A DNA stretch of 64,000 bases from Octopus vulgaris. Lineage: Eukaryota. Below, in pieces: positions 39,219 to 53,655 of the stretch. The position numbers were made by a program, and so were the translations under genes. Each line of letters begins with the position of its first letter. Within the stretch, counting starts at the first letter, position 1. The stretch spans positions 87,296,001 to 87,360,000 of the forward strand of contig OX597824.1 in assembly GCA_951406725.2 (NCBI GenBank), written 5' to 3'. Below the pieces are notes generated by a model. It searched no databases and had not been told where the DNA came from. It saw only the letters and a program-made list of their open reading frames with translations.

Positions 39219-40679
39219 CCCATACTGATCTCCCCTCTCCATGCCATTATATGTATATTGGGTAAAAGGTAAAGACCCCTTTCAGTCATGAATGACTACG
39301 GGATTGCACCTAGAAAGTCCCCCCCCCTCCAAAGCACAAGTCAAGCAAGGTTGTTTATGGAAGACCAGCAGTCACCCATGCATACCAGCCTCTCCTCAAT
39401 AAACCACTGATGTTATCCGAGGGAAAGGCAAAGGGGTCGATACAGCTTGGCCCCAGTGACGTCACAACTCATTTCTACAACTGAGTGAACTGGAGCAACA
39501 CAACACACAGCTTGGTCTGGGAATCGAACTCACTACCTCATGATTGTGAGTCTATCGCTCTAACCACTGAGCCATGTGTCCTCACTATGAGAAGGTGAAG
39601 GCATGGTAAGACTGTGTAACTTTATGTATGGATGCGCATGTGTGGGCATATGTATATGAGGGTATAGATACAGGTGTAAGTGTATTTTTGTATAAATGTA
39701 TGTTTGTGGGTGGCATGGTTGTAGCTTGTGTGTGTCTGTGTGTCTGCGTGTATTTTTAGGAACATGTGTGTGCATATGTGTATGTGTGTGTGCATATGTG
39801 TATGTGTGTGTACATCTTTGTGTTTGTGTCTCCACACACACATTACTTGTCAACCGATGTTGGTTTGTTTACACCCCTGTAACATAGCAGTTCAGCAAAC
39901 GAGATCAACGAAATAAGTATCATACTCAGGACAACAAACACTAGGATCAATTTGTTCGACTAAACCCTTCACGGCAGTGCCCCAGCATGGCCACAATTCA
40001 TTGACTAAGACAAACGAAATGAAAACTCAAAGAAGATCAAAGAAGAGAAATATTTCGCAATATTAAGTTTTATCCCTTCGATTCTTTAGTTAAGAATGCC
40101 AGGGATTAATTTTTTCCCCCTTTCATCTTTTTAAGGTTGATAGACTTAAACACTTATGGTAAACTGGTGCTGATTCAAGCGATTAGCATTCTCTCAAAAC
40201 TTTCAGGACTGTGCCAATTTAAAGAAAGAAAAAAGAAATCAATATACCAAAAGTCTGATATGGAAAAACATGATTTATGATTTATGATTTATGAGTGTTT
40301 TGAATATAGTAAATGTCTGAACCAGTCTGTTTTGTATAACAGAACAGAATACTAATTGGTGAATATTGAAAACTTGCCTTCCAGAAACAATAAGTAATTT
40401 GGGCATTAAATTTCATGTATATTTCTGTATAAATTTTCATCTTCATTTAAGGGACAGATGTAGCTGAGTTCTTAAGAAGTTTGCTTCCCAGCCATGGGAT
40501 CTTGAGTTCAGTCCCACTCTGCGACCCCTTGGGCAAGTGTCTTCTACTACCGCTGTAGCACCTAGCTGACCAGAGCCTTGTGGGTAGATTTGGTAGACGC
40601 AAACTGAAAGCTTGTCGTGTATGTGTGAGCGTGTACACATACACACACTCTCTCACACACACACACACATATATATTTT

Positions 40680-41105
40680 CTCTTTTACTCTCTGACTTGT
40701 TTCAGTCATTTGACTGTGGCCATGCTGGAGCACCGCCTTTAGTCAAGCAAATCGACCCCAGGACTTATTCTTTGTAAGCCTAGTACTTATCCTATCAGTC
40801 TCTTTTGCTGAACCGCTAAGTTACGGGGACATATACACACCAGCATCAGTTGTCAAGCAATGTTGGTGGGGGGACACAGACACACACACACGCACACACA
40901 CACACACACACATGCACACACATGCACACACACTCTTATATATACTCAAATACGACAGGCTTCTTTCAGTTTCCATCTACCAAATCCACTGACAAGGCTT
41001 TGGTCAGCCCGAGGCTATAGTAGAAGACACTTGCCCAAGGGCAGTTGGACTGAACCTGGAACCATGTGGTTGGTAAGCAAACTATTTACCACACAGCCAC
41101 TCCTA
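40680..41105 (-). mobile_element. SINE family A (preceded by an inverted 5' half at 40455-40630)
   Basis: Head and tail match. Confidence 0.85.
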
Positions 41106-41699
41106 CATATATATACTGAAATGCTTAAACCAGTGTTTCTCTATTTGCTGTCCGGCAATGTTTATTCAGACGCTTTTTGTGATGTCGGGCGCAAAAATAC
41201 CTTAAGCTAAGCCTGAAAGCAATGAAGTCATAAAAGAATCATCCATAACTTGCAGTAAGCAACATTTATTAAACGTTATTACTGTTATTTCTTTATTTTC
41301 TGCAAACAAAATGCACAAAAAAGCTACACGTTTGCATTATGCTACCCAGTCTAGGAATTGAAACTGTGATCGCGAGATCAACACCCTAACCCGTAGGCCA
41401 TGCACCTTCAGCTTTTGTTATATATTCATTAGGAGTTCAATACATGACAGAATATTAGCACAAATAACTGACAGGTATTTATTTTGTTATTGTTTTATTA
41501 TCTAGTAATAATAGCAAAGACTTGTAAGTTTGATTCCAGGTGGGGCAGTGTGTCCTTGAGCAAGACACTCTGCTCCAGTTCACTCAGCTGGTAAAAATGA
41601 GTTGTACCCATATTTCACGGGGCCAGCTTTGTATCATTCTGTCTCACACTGAATCTCCCTGAGATCTACGTTAAGGGTTCAGACAGACAGACAGACAGG

Positions 41700-41763
<64 letters not shown>

Positions 41764-41767
41764 TAGA

Positions 41768-42488
41768 TCATCATCATCATCATTGTTCGACCTTGGTCGA
41801 GACAATGGAATTTACCATGCTACGCCAGACTTCACGGTCCATCATGGCATTACGGAGGTCCTGTTGCTGGATGCCTGTATCCTTGGAGATTACATCAGGG
41901 TAGGAGAGTGTGCGCCCTCTGGTATTGCGAGTAGATGACTTCCAGAGGAGAAGAGTAGAAATTACTTCTTTCAGCTCTACAACAATATCCAGCAAACTGG
42001 ACTCTCCTACCTTTCACAAGGGATGACACAGGTGGTAGTTTCCCATATATTTGCATTTTGGTTGGATGGTGCTTCCACGAGAGATTTTGAGCTCTCATAA
42101 GGAGGCGAGTGTAGGTTCCATCCAACCGCCTCTCAAGCTTCTTTGATAACGTCCAGGTTTCTGAGCCATATAGTTTTCAAGTTTGAAGTCTCTACTTAGA
42201 TTTGATGACCAGATCTTATGCATGTCATTACAGGCTGACCAGGCCATACCCTTTCTAGTTAGAAAGTCTTTTCCAGATGATGATATGTATAACCCAAGAT
42301 ATTTGTAATCAGAAACCATATTTAAGGGCACATTGTTGAGAGTATGGATGATGCAATCACTGTTGGACAGGCACTTGTTTATGTATTCAGTCTTGGCCTC
42401 ATTAAGGTAAAGACCTACACAATTTGAGGCTTGTTCAAGAGATTGTAAAAGAGACTGGGCATTGGAGAGAGAATCACTGATAAGAGCG
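41768..42488 (-). mobile_element. 5'-truncated RTE-clade LINE with (GAT)n tail
   Basis: GLYLNEAKTEY...DYKYLG...YGSETWTLSKKLERRLDGTYTRLLMRAQNLSW...AMMDREVWR. Confidence 0.9.
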
Positions 42489-43129
42489 TAAATATGTAGG
42501 TAGGTAGGTAGGTAGGTAGGCAGATGGACAAAGAAAGAGAGACACAGACAGACAGATCAACAGACTAACTGATAAATAAATAGATATGTAGGAAGGTAGA
42601 TAGGTACGTAGGTAGGTAGAGAAAGAGAAAGAGGTGGTGGGGGGAGGGAAACAGACAGACAGACTGACAGACTGATAAATAAATAGTTAGACTGAAAGTC
42701 AAATAGGCAGACAGGGTGGTAAACAGACAGATAGATATTCTCGTTAAGTGTCCACAATAATTTAGTACCAAAGCATATATAATTAGCATTTCCTAATTGT
42801 GTAATAACACAACAGAGTAACGGTAATTAGCAGAGTACAATGATAGAACACGGAGGTCCATCTATTGCACACGGAAATCTGAAGCGGTCGAGCTTGACCC
42901 AATCAATTATACATATCTCACCTGTACAGGTAATTGGTGTGGTGCCTTGGTCAAAGAAATATTTCCATATTTTAACAACGTTTTAAAAATTTAAAGCTCT
43001 GGTCGAAGTTTAGTAATAGATCAGACCTGATTTAGCAAACCTATGATCCAAAGCAATCCAGTTATGACCACCCCTTGTCTTTTTATATATTGGGAACTAC
43101 ATTGTCCAGTGTATTTGTCGTTATTATCA

Positions 43130-43610
43130 TCATCATCATCATCATTTAACATCCGCTTTCCATGCTAGCATGAGTTGGACGATTTGACTGAGGACTGGCA
43201 AACCAGATGGCTGCACCAGGCTCCGATCTGATCTGGCAGAGTTTCTACAGCTGGATGCCCTTCCTAATGCCAACCACTCCGAGAGTGTAGTGGGTGCTTT
43301 TATGTGCCACCGGCACGAGGGCCAGTTTGGTGGTATTGGCAACAGCCACGCCCAAATGGTGCTTTTTATGTGCCACCTAAACAGGAGCCAGTCCAGCGGC
43401 ACTGGCGATGACCTCGCTCGAATGTTTTGTTCACGTGCCACTGGTACAAGTGCTAGTAATGCGATGCTGGTAACGATCACGCTCGAATGGTGTTTTTTAC
43501 GTGCCATCAGCACGAAGGCCAGCTTGTTGCTCTGGCAACGATCTCACTCGTATGGTACTCTTAGTGCTCCACTAGCAACGGATGCCAGTGACCAAGTTTG
43601 ATTTCGACTT
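43130..43610 (-). mobile_element. Family C retroposon
   Basis: Family motifs and (GAT)n tail. Confidence 0.8.
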
Positions 43611-43712
43611 GTATTTATACATTTTGAAAGATGGTAGGGTGTGGTTTGAAGAATATTTGGCTGCTAATTCTAGCAGGTCAAGCAACCACATAGAGACTTC
43701 GTTAGTGGCTTG

Positions 43713-44528
43713 TAGAATTTGTAGCACAAATATAAGGTGTGTGTGTGTGTGTGTGTATGCTTGCACATATGCGTATTTGGTTATGTGTGTTTGCATGTGT
43801 ATGCGTGTGTGTATTTGTGCAATTGTCTATGTATGTTTGCATGTGTGTGTGTATTTGTATATATGTGTATGTACATGAGTATGTTTGCATGTATGCGTGT
43901 GTGTGGCATTTACATTCAATATGTGTGAGTTGAAACTGAATGTGTGTGTGTGTGTGTGAGTTTGTGTATATGCGTATCTGTGTTTGTGTATGTATGTTTG
44001 TTTGTGTGTATATGTGTATGTTACATGTGTATGTTTGTGTGTGTTTGTGTGTGTATGTATGTGAGTGTATGTATGTGTGAGTTTGAGACTGAATGTGCGT
44101 GTGTGTTTGTGTATATGCGTATTTACATATGTTTGTTTGCATGCGTATGTGTGTGTATGAGCGTGTGTGTGTATGTGAGTGTGTGTGGCATGTACATTGA
44201 TATGTGCGAGTGTGAGTTTGCGCATATGCGTATTTGCGAATGTATGTTTGCATGTGTATGTGTGCATATATGTGTATGTGCGTGTATATGTTTGCGTATA
44301 CACATGCAAACACACATAAGCAAATACGCATATGTGCAAGCATACACACAAACACACAACACACATACACATGCACACACACACACACACCTTATATTTG
44401 TGCTATAAATTCTATGTGTATGTGAGTGTGTGTGACATGTACATTTATATGCATGAGTTTGAATGTGTGTGTGTGTGTGTGTGAGTGTGTGTGTGGCTTG
44501 TATATTCATATGTGTGAGTTGTAGTGAA

Positions 44529-44560
<32 letters not shown>

Positions 44561-45086
44561 TGTGTGTGGCTTGTATATTCATATGTGTGAGTTGGAGTGA
44601 GTGTGTGTGTATGTATGTGGGTGTGTGTATGTGGGTGTGTGTGAGCGTGTGCATGCATGCATGTGGATGTGTGTGTTTGCATCCATGTGTCTGAGTGTTT
44701 ATATGTATACATTTATATAAGTATGTGTGTGAATGGGCGTAAGAGAGAGAGAGACACACACACACGCATGCACACACACACACACACACAGGAAGAGAGA
44801 GAGAAAGACAAAAGGAAAAAGAGAAGTGGAGGAAATGAGAGAAAGAGGGTAGAAAATATGTCCTTGTAGAAAGTGTGTGCTGGCCATTTGACCATTTGTG
44901 TGGTTTGGAGATGGAGAGAGGCAGACAACATGGCCATGCCACACATCCCTTTGCTTTGGTTTATAGTAAGAGATTTTTTACAACTGTTGTTGGCTCTAAT
45001 TACTTTGTCAAGCTGTGTGTGACATTTGTAGGAAAAGCATGTCACCAGCCTACAATGTCAAACCTACTACGTGTGTGTGTGCGTGT

Positions 45087-45117
<31 letters not shown>

Positions 45118-46500
45118 ATAGAGTTTGTGCATGTGTGAGAGTGTGTGTGTGAGAGAGAGAGTGTGTGTGTGAGAGATAAATTTGTGTATGTGTGAGAGAG
45201 TGAGTGCGTGTGTGTGTGTGTGTATGAAAGTGTGAGTGAGAGTATGTGTGAGAGAGTGTGTGTGTGTAAAAATGTGTGAAAGTGTGTGTGTGTGTGTGTG
45301 TATGAAAGTGTGTGAAAGTGTGTGTGTATGTGTGTGTGTGATAGAGTTTGTGCATGTGTGAGAGTGGTGTGTGAGAGAGAATGTGTGTGTGTGAAAGTGT
45401 GTGTGTAAAAGTGTGTGTGTATGTGTGTGTATGATAGAGTTTGTGCATGTGTGAGAGAGAGTGTGTGTGTGTGAAAGTGTGTGTGTGTGTGTGTGAGAGA
45501 TAAATTTGTGCATGTGTGAGAGTGTGTGTGAGAGAGTGAGTGCGTGTGTGTGTGAGATTGTATGTGTGAGAGAGAGAGTGTGTGTGAAAAAATGTGTGAA
45601 GGTGTGTGTGTGTGTGTGTATGTGAAAGTGTGTGAGTGTGTGTGTGTGTGTGTAAGAGTGTGTGTGTATGTGAGAGAGTGTGTGTGTGTGAATGTGTGTA
45701 TGTTTGTGTGTTTGTGTGTGTGAGATAGAGTTTGTGTATGAGTGAGAGTATGTGTGAGAGAGAGAGTGTGTGTGTGTGTAGGTGTGTGTATGTGTGTGAG
45801 ATAGAGTTTGTGTGCATGAGAGAGTGTGTGTGTGTGTGAGTGCGTGTGTCTTGGGTGAGAGTGTATGTGAGGGTGTGTGTGTGTGAATGTGTGTGAGTGT
45901 GTGTGTGAGTGTGTGTATGTTTGTGCGTTTGTGTGTGTGAGAGATAGAGTTTGTGTGTGAGAGAGAGTGTGTGAGAGTGTGTGCGTGCGAGTATGTGTGT
46001 GTGAGAGTGTCTGTGTGAGAGTGTGAGCCTGCGCAGGTGTGTGTATGCATGAAAGTTTGTGCATGCGAGAGTGTGTGCGCGAGAGTTTGTGAGTGTGTTT
46101 GTATATATATGTACACACATGTACTCATACACACACACACACACACACACACATACACATACGCACATACACACACTCATGGATACATATACATATATTT
46201 TTATATATTCATAAACGTATGTATGTATGTATAAAAAACACACACACACACATGTATACATATATTTTTATATATTAATTGATACATGTATGTATAAAAT
46301 ATACACACATACACATGTATACACAATTAACAAAGAATAACACTTGAAACATTAATAAACAGGAAATATCAAACACTTAACATGATAAATCTGCTCACAC
46401 ACTCACACAAGTACACGTGCGCACACACACACACACATACACACACACACATGCACACACACACATACATATATACACACACACACACACACATGCGCAG
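43713..46500. repeat. Extended complex (TG)/(CA)/(GA) low-complexity region
   Basis: Directly visible; includes the inverted pair 43713-43805 / 44295-44414. Confidence 0.9.
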
Positions 46501-46521
46501 ACGTTAGTATCAATAGTAAGC

Positions 46522-46559
<38 letters not shown>

Positions 46560-46717
46560 AGCAGGAGTGGCTGTGTGGTAAGTAGCTTGCTTACCAACCG
46601 CATGGCTCCAGGTTCAGTTCCACTGTGTGGCACCTTGGGCAAGTGTCTTCTATAGCCTAGGGCCGACCAAAGCCTTGTTAGTGGATTTGGTAGTCGAAAA
46701 CTGGGAAGAAGCCTGTC

Positions 46718-46798
<81 letters not shown>

Positions 46799-46811
46799 AT
46801 ATGTATGTATG

Positions 46812-46856
<45 letters not shown>

Positions 46857-46877
46857 GTATGTATATATGTATGTATG

Positions 46878-46951
<74 letters not shown>

Positions 46952-46957
46952 CATATG

Positions 46958-47300
46958 TGAAGGTGCATGGCTCAGTGGTTAGAGCGTCGAGTTTACGATC
47001 ATGAGGTTGTGAGTTCAAATCCCGGACTGGGCTGTGTATTGTGTTCTTGAGCAAGACACTTTATTTCACGTTGCTCCAGTTCACTCAGTTGTAGAAATGA
47101 GTTGCGACGTCACAGGTGCCAAGTTATATCAGCCTTTAACCTTTCCCTTGGATAACACTGGTGGCGTGGAGAAGGGTGGTCGGTATGCATGGGCGACTGC
47201 TGCTCTTCCATAAACAACCTTGTCCGGACTTGTGCCTGGGAGGGTAACTTTCTAGGTGCAATCTGCAATCCCATGGTCAGTCATGACCAAAGGGGTGTCA
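46958..47300 (+). mobile_element. tRNA-derived SINE (family D-related)
   Basis: A box tggctcagtggttag, B box gttcaaatcc; related copy at 39270-39580 on minus. Confidence 0.8.
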
Positions 47301-47335
47301 ACATATACATGTATATGTGTGTGCGCGTATATATA

Positions 47336-47382
<47 letters not shown>

Positions 47383-47618
47383 GGAAAGGTTAAGTTCAAT
47401 TTCATCCTTTACTTTGGAGGGTTCGAAAGGGCCGATTTCTAACAATGATTTTTCACATTTCATTGGTAGCTTATTGGTGTAAGATTTTTGTGAATATGAA
47501 ATCATTACATGTATATGGTATGTGATTAGGATTTATGGAAAAGTACTCCATAGAAACTCAACAACCTGTTAAAGATGGAGAAGAGATGTTAAAATTTCAA
47601 AAACGAATTTTAATACAT

Positions 47619-47728
47619 CCATACAATAATTTCGAACAGCAATATTAACATGTAAATGACATGGCAGAATTATTAGAAATTAATTAAATTAAATTAAATT
47701 AATTATATATTACTGTTCTCCTCAGTGC
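47619..47728 (-). ncRNA. Type I hammerhead motif with long stem II
   Basis: GCA-CTGAGGA-GAACAGTAATAT...ATATTGCTGTTC-GAAA-TTATTG-TA-TGG; stems I and III are weak. Confidence 0.6.
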
Positions 47729-47827
47729 AACAAAGAATGCATCAAAACATTATTATTATTGTTAGATCGTTAGCCACTACACACATTTTTTTCTTTCCTT
47801 GTTTCTCTCCTTGTTTTTTCTGTGTCC

Positions 47828-47863
47828 CTTTCTGTAGAAGAGCATAGGTTCGAAACATAAAAG
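47828..47863 (+). ncRNA. Minimal hammerhead-like motif, variant core
   Basis: CTTT-CTGTAGA-A-GAGC(ATAG)GTTC-GAAA-CA-TA-AAAG. Confidence 0.5.
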
Positions 47864-47953
47864 ACTTTTTCTGTTCCTGAGCGTTATACTAATACATCTG
47901 TTTGTTTTCTACACCACCTGTCTTCGTCTTTTGTCCTTTTCGTAAACTCTCCC

Positions 47954-47987
<34 letters not shown>

Positions 47988-48089
47988 CGTTTAAATATTT
48001 GTTGTGCAAGATTTTTTATGTGAAGTCGTGTGTTGAAACAGATATATATATATATTCCGAAATATAACAATATATATATATATATAGAT

Positions 48090-48208
<119 letters not shown>

Positions 48209-48576
48209 AAGAAAGATGGGGAGAGAGAGTGGGAGAGACAGACAGAGAGACAAAGAAACAGACAGAGAGACAAAGAAACAGACAGGCAGACATATAGATA
48301 GTGACAAAAGAGGGGGAGATATATCAAATATTATCTGAAAAAGAAATCAATAAATAGTCGAGTTAAATGTTTTTTTTTTGGTAAAAAGCTGACTGTGACA
48401 TTTAAAAATCTTATATTTATGTGCATGCCTGCATGTGCGCATGCGTGTGCATGTTTGTGCATGCATACGTGTCTGCGTGCCTAGGTCTCTGAGTACAAGG
48501 TGAATATGCTCTTCTGTCACATATTAACCTTGTACTTGAACCTAACATCTCTTTCTTCCTTTCATTTTCTCTTTCA

Positions 48577-48611
<35 letters not shown>

Positions 48612-49197
48612 GGGGTAAGTAACATATTCATCTCATCCACAAGATGCCTGCTCCTGTCTCTCTATCCTAGTTTCTTCTCCCTCCATTCTTTACTTCACTC
48701 ACTTGAGGAATCTTATCTTGTGGTAACTTGATGATTCCGCTGGGGTTTGGGTCACATAAAAAGCACCCGGTGCACTCTGTAAAGTGGCTTGCATTAGGAA
48801 GGGCATCCAGCCGTGGAAACCATGCCAAGTCAGACATTAGAATCTGGTGCAGTTCTATGGCTTGTCTCATCATCATCATCATCATCATCGTCATTGTCGT
48901 CGTTTAACGTTCGCTTCCCATGCTGGCATCGGTTGGACGGTTTGACTGAGGACTGGTGAGCCAAATCATCCAACCCATGCTTGCATGGAAAAGAGGATGT
49001 TAATAGATGATGATGATGATGATGATGATGATGACGACGACGACAATGATGATGACAACAACAACGATCATGATGATAGTGGTGGTTGTGGTTGTGGTGG
49101 TAATGGTGATGGTAGTGGTGGTGGTATTATTGGTGATGATATATCTATCTATCTATCTATCTATTTATCTCTCTATCTATCTATCTATCTATCTATC

Positions 49198-49241
<44 letters not shown>

Positions 49242-50080
49242 TACATGTGTATGTGTGCATGCTTGTGGGTTTGTGTGTGTATGCACATGAATTTGTGTAT
49301 TTGTTAAGTACGTATGCGTGTGTGTAAGTGTTTGTGAGCGCATACAAGTGTCTATGTAAATATATTTATGTGTGTGAATGTGTGTATCCATGCGGGTGAG
49401 TTCGTGTGTATATGAATGTATTTGCCCGTGTGTGTATACATGCATTTATGTGTGTGTATCATGCTTTCCAAAACCCTCGCTTCCATCCATGCCACTCTAA
49501 AACATTCATATATAGATAATGATGGCAGTATTTCATATTTGAAAGCTGAACTTGAAACGTCAGATGATACATTCAATTAAAAGCCAGTTTAAAGATAAAT
49601 TTCAAAATGTTTTGGCTGAAAATAATTCCCATTGTTTAAAGAGTTCTTGAAATCTGAGACTCTCTCATAGTGACCTTCTTTTACAAACAGAGTAATTTAA
49701 ATATCAAATATCCACTTTATTTCTAAAACAGTCTCCAACAAACGGATCAACAGTTTCATTTAATTACCAATACATGTATAAGCTAACACCAAGTCTTTTG
49801 TTATAATTTTATTATTATTATCATTATTATTGTTCTTGTTGTTGTTATTACGATTAATATTATTATTATTATTATTATTACTTTTTTTTTCCCTCTTTCA
49901 AATTTGCTTCCATTTCTTGCCGAGTGTCTTCCCGACTCCTAGGGCAAAGAAACTCATAGTATACATTGGTAGGCCATTAAGCCAAACTCAATAGTTCATT
50001 CATTTTTTTTTTTTTTTTTTTCAGATTAAAATACATGGGTAGTAATAATTCTCACACCGACAATGCTCTTCTCAATGCTC

Positions 50081-50129
<49 letters not shown>

Positions 50130-50149
50130 CATTATTATTATTGTTGTTG

Positions 50150-50222
<73 letters not shown>

Positions 50223-50471
50223 CATCATTATTATTATATCAAAGCAGTGAGTTGGCAGAATCGCTAGCACACCAGGCAAAATGCTTAGCAGTATTTCACC
50301 CATCATTACGTTCTGAGTTCAAATTCCACCGAGGTCGATTTTGCCTTTCATCCTTTTGGGGTCGATAAATCAAATACCACTGAAATTCTGGAGTCGATAT
50401 AATTGACTAGTCCCCTCCCACAAAACTTCAGGCCTTGTGCCTATAATAGAAGGGATTATTATTATTATTTC

Positions 50472-50531
<60 letters not shown>

Positions 50532-50532
50532 A

Positions 50533-50897
50533 TCTACCTTAGTGAAGGCGGAGGTTTTGTTTTCAGTTGTGTTTATTTGTTTGTTTGTCCATGGACAAGA
50601 TATCTCAAGAACCACAGTATGGATTCAGATGAAACTTTCAGGGATGTTTGGCCTCATGACTGGCACAAACTCATTAGATTTTGGAATTGATCTGTTACCA
50701 AACAAGAATTCTAGATTATTTTTCTTTTTTTTTTATCTTAATTTTTGAAGCGGTCGGGTTCATTTTTAGCATTCACATTTGTGAGAGCAGTCGAGTTTAT
50801 TTTAGATATTCTCATTTTAAAAATCATCTCTGACTAATCACTGAGAGGATGCTAGTGCTGCTTTGGCGGAGGCTTTCGCCCTCTAAGTGCTCTTGTT
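50533..50897 (+). mobile_element. Helentron-associated / DINE-1-like non-autonomous element
   Basis: 5' tacct...aaggcggaggtt, a short (TTTG)n, 3' ttggcggagg plus a degenerate hairpin; ends in TT within an (ATT)n site. Confidence 0.6.
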
Positions 50898-52171
50898 ATT
50901 ATTGTTATCATATTCATCCTCAATTATTTATTGTTGTTGTTATGACTGTTATTATGAGAAGTGGGTTGGCAATGCCATATTTAGTTGCAGCAGTTTTTAT
51001 GTTCAGAGTTCCAATATCACCAATGCTAACCTGATCTTATCTTGTACAAGGGATGATAAAATAAAGTACCGGTCAAGTACTTGATTTAATCTGCTCAAAT
51101 TTGTGTCATTGTGCTCTGTTAGAAATAAATAATAATTAATCACCCTGCCCAATCCATTGTACCACTTCTCTTAAATTAATCTTCTTGTAACTTGAGAGTA
51201 GACAATGATACATCTTCAACTCCACCATCTCTGTTTTCTAAATGGAGCAGACATGTGTCTCTCTACAACCAGGCACCTTCATGTCTGTCTCTCATACTTT
51301 AACTTCATATGACCTGGCACAAAACCACCTCCCTCGATACTACTCCCCACCTCAGTTGAGTAACTCTTGTCTTGCAAGTTACATGGTGACCTCACTAGTG
51401 CTGGTGCCACATAAAAAGCACTTGATACATTTTGCAAAGAGGTTGGTGTTAGTAAAAGGGATACAACCATAGAAACCAGGCTCAAACAGGCCACTCTTTC
51501 CACTGCCTTGTCATGAGTTTGATCAGCTGGGAGAGGTGTATGGAGTCCCTGCCGGGGCCCCTGGTGCCCGTGGTGCTTGGTACTTACCTGTGAGTGAAGC
51601 GCTGGGCGCCTTAGGGATTTGGGGTCGGTAATTTCAGTGACTACTCAGCAGGACTGCAATGATTTATACCTATGACATGTAGAGTCTGGTAGAGTGTTAT
51701 GGTTTGCCGATTCCTGTCAAAGTGAAAAACCCATGACAGCATGGAGAAGCAGATGTTGAGTGGTGAGACTGATGAACGGGGCAGTCGGTGGGGGGGAGGG
51801 AATATTTGTCATTGATGATATTTTATACATAGGCATTGATAAATATATATGTGTGTATGTATGTGTGTGTACGTGTGTGTGTGTGTAAGTGTGTGTATGT
51901 GCGTGTAAGCGTCTGTATGTCTGTATGTATGTATATATGTGTGTGCTCATATGTGTGTATGTGTGTGTGTGTATTTGTGTGTGAATGTGTATGTGTGTGT
52001 TTGCAAATGCAAATGGATTTGTGTGTGTGTGTGTGTGTGTAAGTCTGTGTGTGTGTGCATTTATGTGTATATGTGAGTGCGTGTTTCTGTATGTGAATGT
52101 GTATGTGTGTGTTTACAAATGCAAATGGATGTGTTTGTGTGTGTTTGTGTGTAAATCTGTAAGTCTTTCTC

Positions 52172-52202
<31 letters not shown>

Positions 52203-52343
52203 GTGTGTGTGTGTGTGTATGTGTGTGTGTGTGATGTATAAATATAATTATATGTATGGAAATGAATACACACACACATACATATTCACAGATTGTAGAT
52301 GAAAGGAGTGAGAAAGGCATAGACAGATACACATATGCATAGG

Positions 52344-52377
<34 letters not shown>

Positions 52378-52699
52378 TAAAGGCAGACAAAAAGACTAAC
52401 AAGGAATTGATAGAGAGATAGATAGATTTATAGATAGATAGATAGATAAATAGGTAGATAGACAGACAGATAGATAGATGCATGTATGGATGGACAGAAT
52501 AGCTAGAGAGATGATACATACACAGATACTTATGATCAGAAACATCAAGAAAGCTAACGATTGTATTTATTGAACAAATGTTTGGAATAAATAGATATTT
52601 ATGACATTTTATTGAGAGATTGGTATGCCAAGTAAACAGATAGAAGCAGGAAATAATATATATATATATATATACATACATAAATATATATATATATAC

Positions 52700-52764
<65 letters not shown>

Positions 52765-53076
52765 CACACACACACATACACACATATGTATGTATGTCAT
52801 TTAATAAATATAGGATTTATCTCTTGTTTGAAGGAGTTGTTTTGTTGTTCCTACCAATAATGGAACAGTACAGTATATATATATATTATACATACGTATA
52901 TATATATATATATATGTATGTATAATATATATATACATGTATTAATATATTTCGTTTAGACATAGTGATACTAATTTGGTATTAGAACTCAATATATAAA
53001 GTAATACACAACCACTCAGCTATGAGTGCACACCATATATATATAACCCAGGGTTGGGTTCAAAATTCTACTAGGA

Positions 53077-53118
53077 CACCTGATGAAGGCTGGAGAGTAA
53101 CTCGGTCAAAACATTGTG
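53077..53118 (+). ncRNA. Decayed type I hammerhead motif
   Basis: CAC-CTGATGA-A-GGCTG...CGGTC-AAAA-CA-TT-GTG; GAAACG is altered by two CpG-type changes. The downstream tail recurs at 9548-9605. Confidence 0.5.
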
Positions 53119-53249
53119 GTAACAACAAACAGGATGAGGACACACATCCGTCCAATGTAAATAATGTAAATAATGTATATAATGGGATCCTTTTTAACTG
53201 CCAAATGGCTATGAGGGTCCACTTGAGTAAAATGGAAATCAAAAGGGTC

Positions 53250-53655
53250 AAGGCGGCGAGCTGGCAGAATCGTTAGCACGCTGAGCGAAATGCTTAGCGG
53301 TATTTCGTCTGCCGTTACATTCTGAGTTCAAATTCCGCTGAGGTCGACTTTGCCTTTTATCCTTTCGGGGTCGATAAATTGAGTACCAGTTACGCACTGG
53401 GGTTAATGTAATCGACTTAATCCATTTGTCTCTCCTTGTTTGTCCCCTCTGTGTTTAGCCCCTTGTGGGTAGTAAAGAAATAGGTATTTCGTCTGCCGCT
53501 ATGTTCTGAGGTCGACTTTGCCTTTCATCCTTTCGGGGTCGATTAAATAAGTACTAGTTATGCACTGGGTCGATATAATCGACTTAATCCATTTGTCTGT
53601 CCTTGTTTGACTCCTCTATGTTCAGCCCCTTGTGGGCAATAAAGAAATAAGAAAT
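53250..53655 (+). mobile_element. SINE family B dimer
   Basis: Full unit plus a 5'-truncated unit. Confidence 0.85.

Noticed and set aside
51580-51592. TACTTACCTG, similar to the U1 snRNA 5' end
   Set aside because: Downstream sequence does not resemble U1; it is better read as a minus-strand splice donor.
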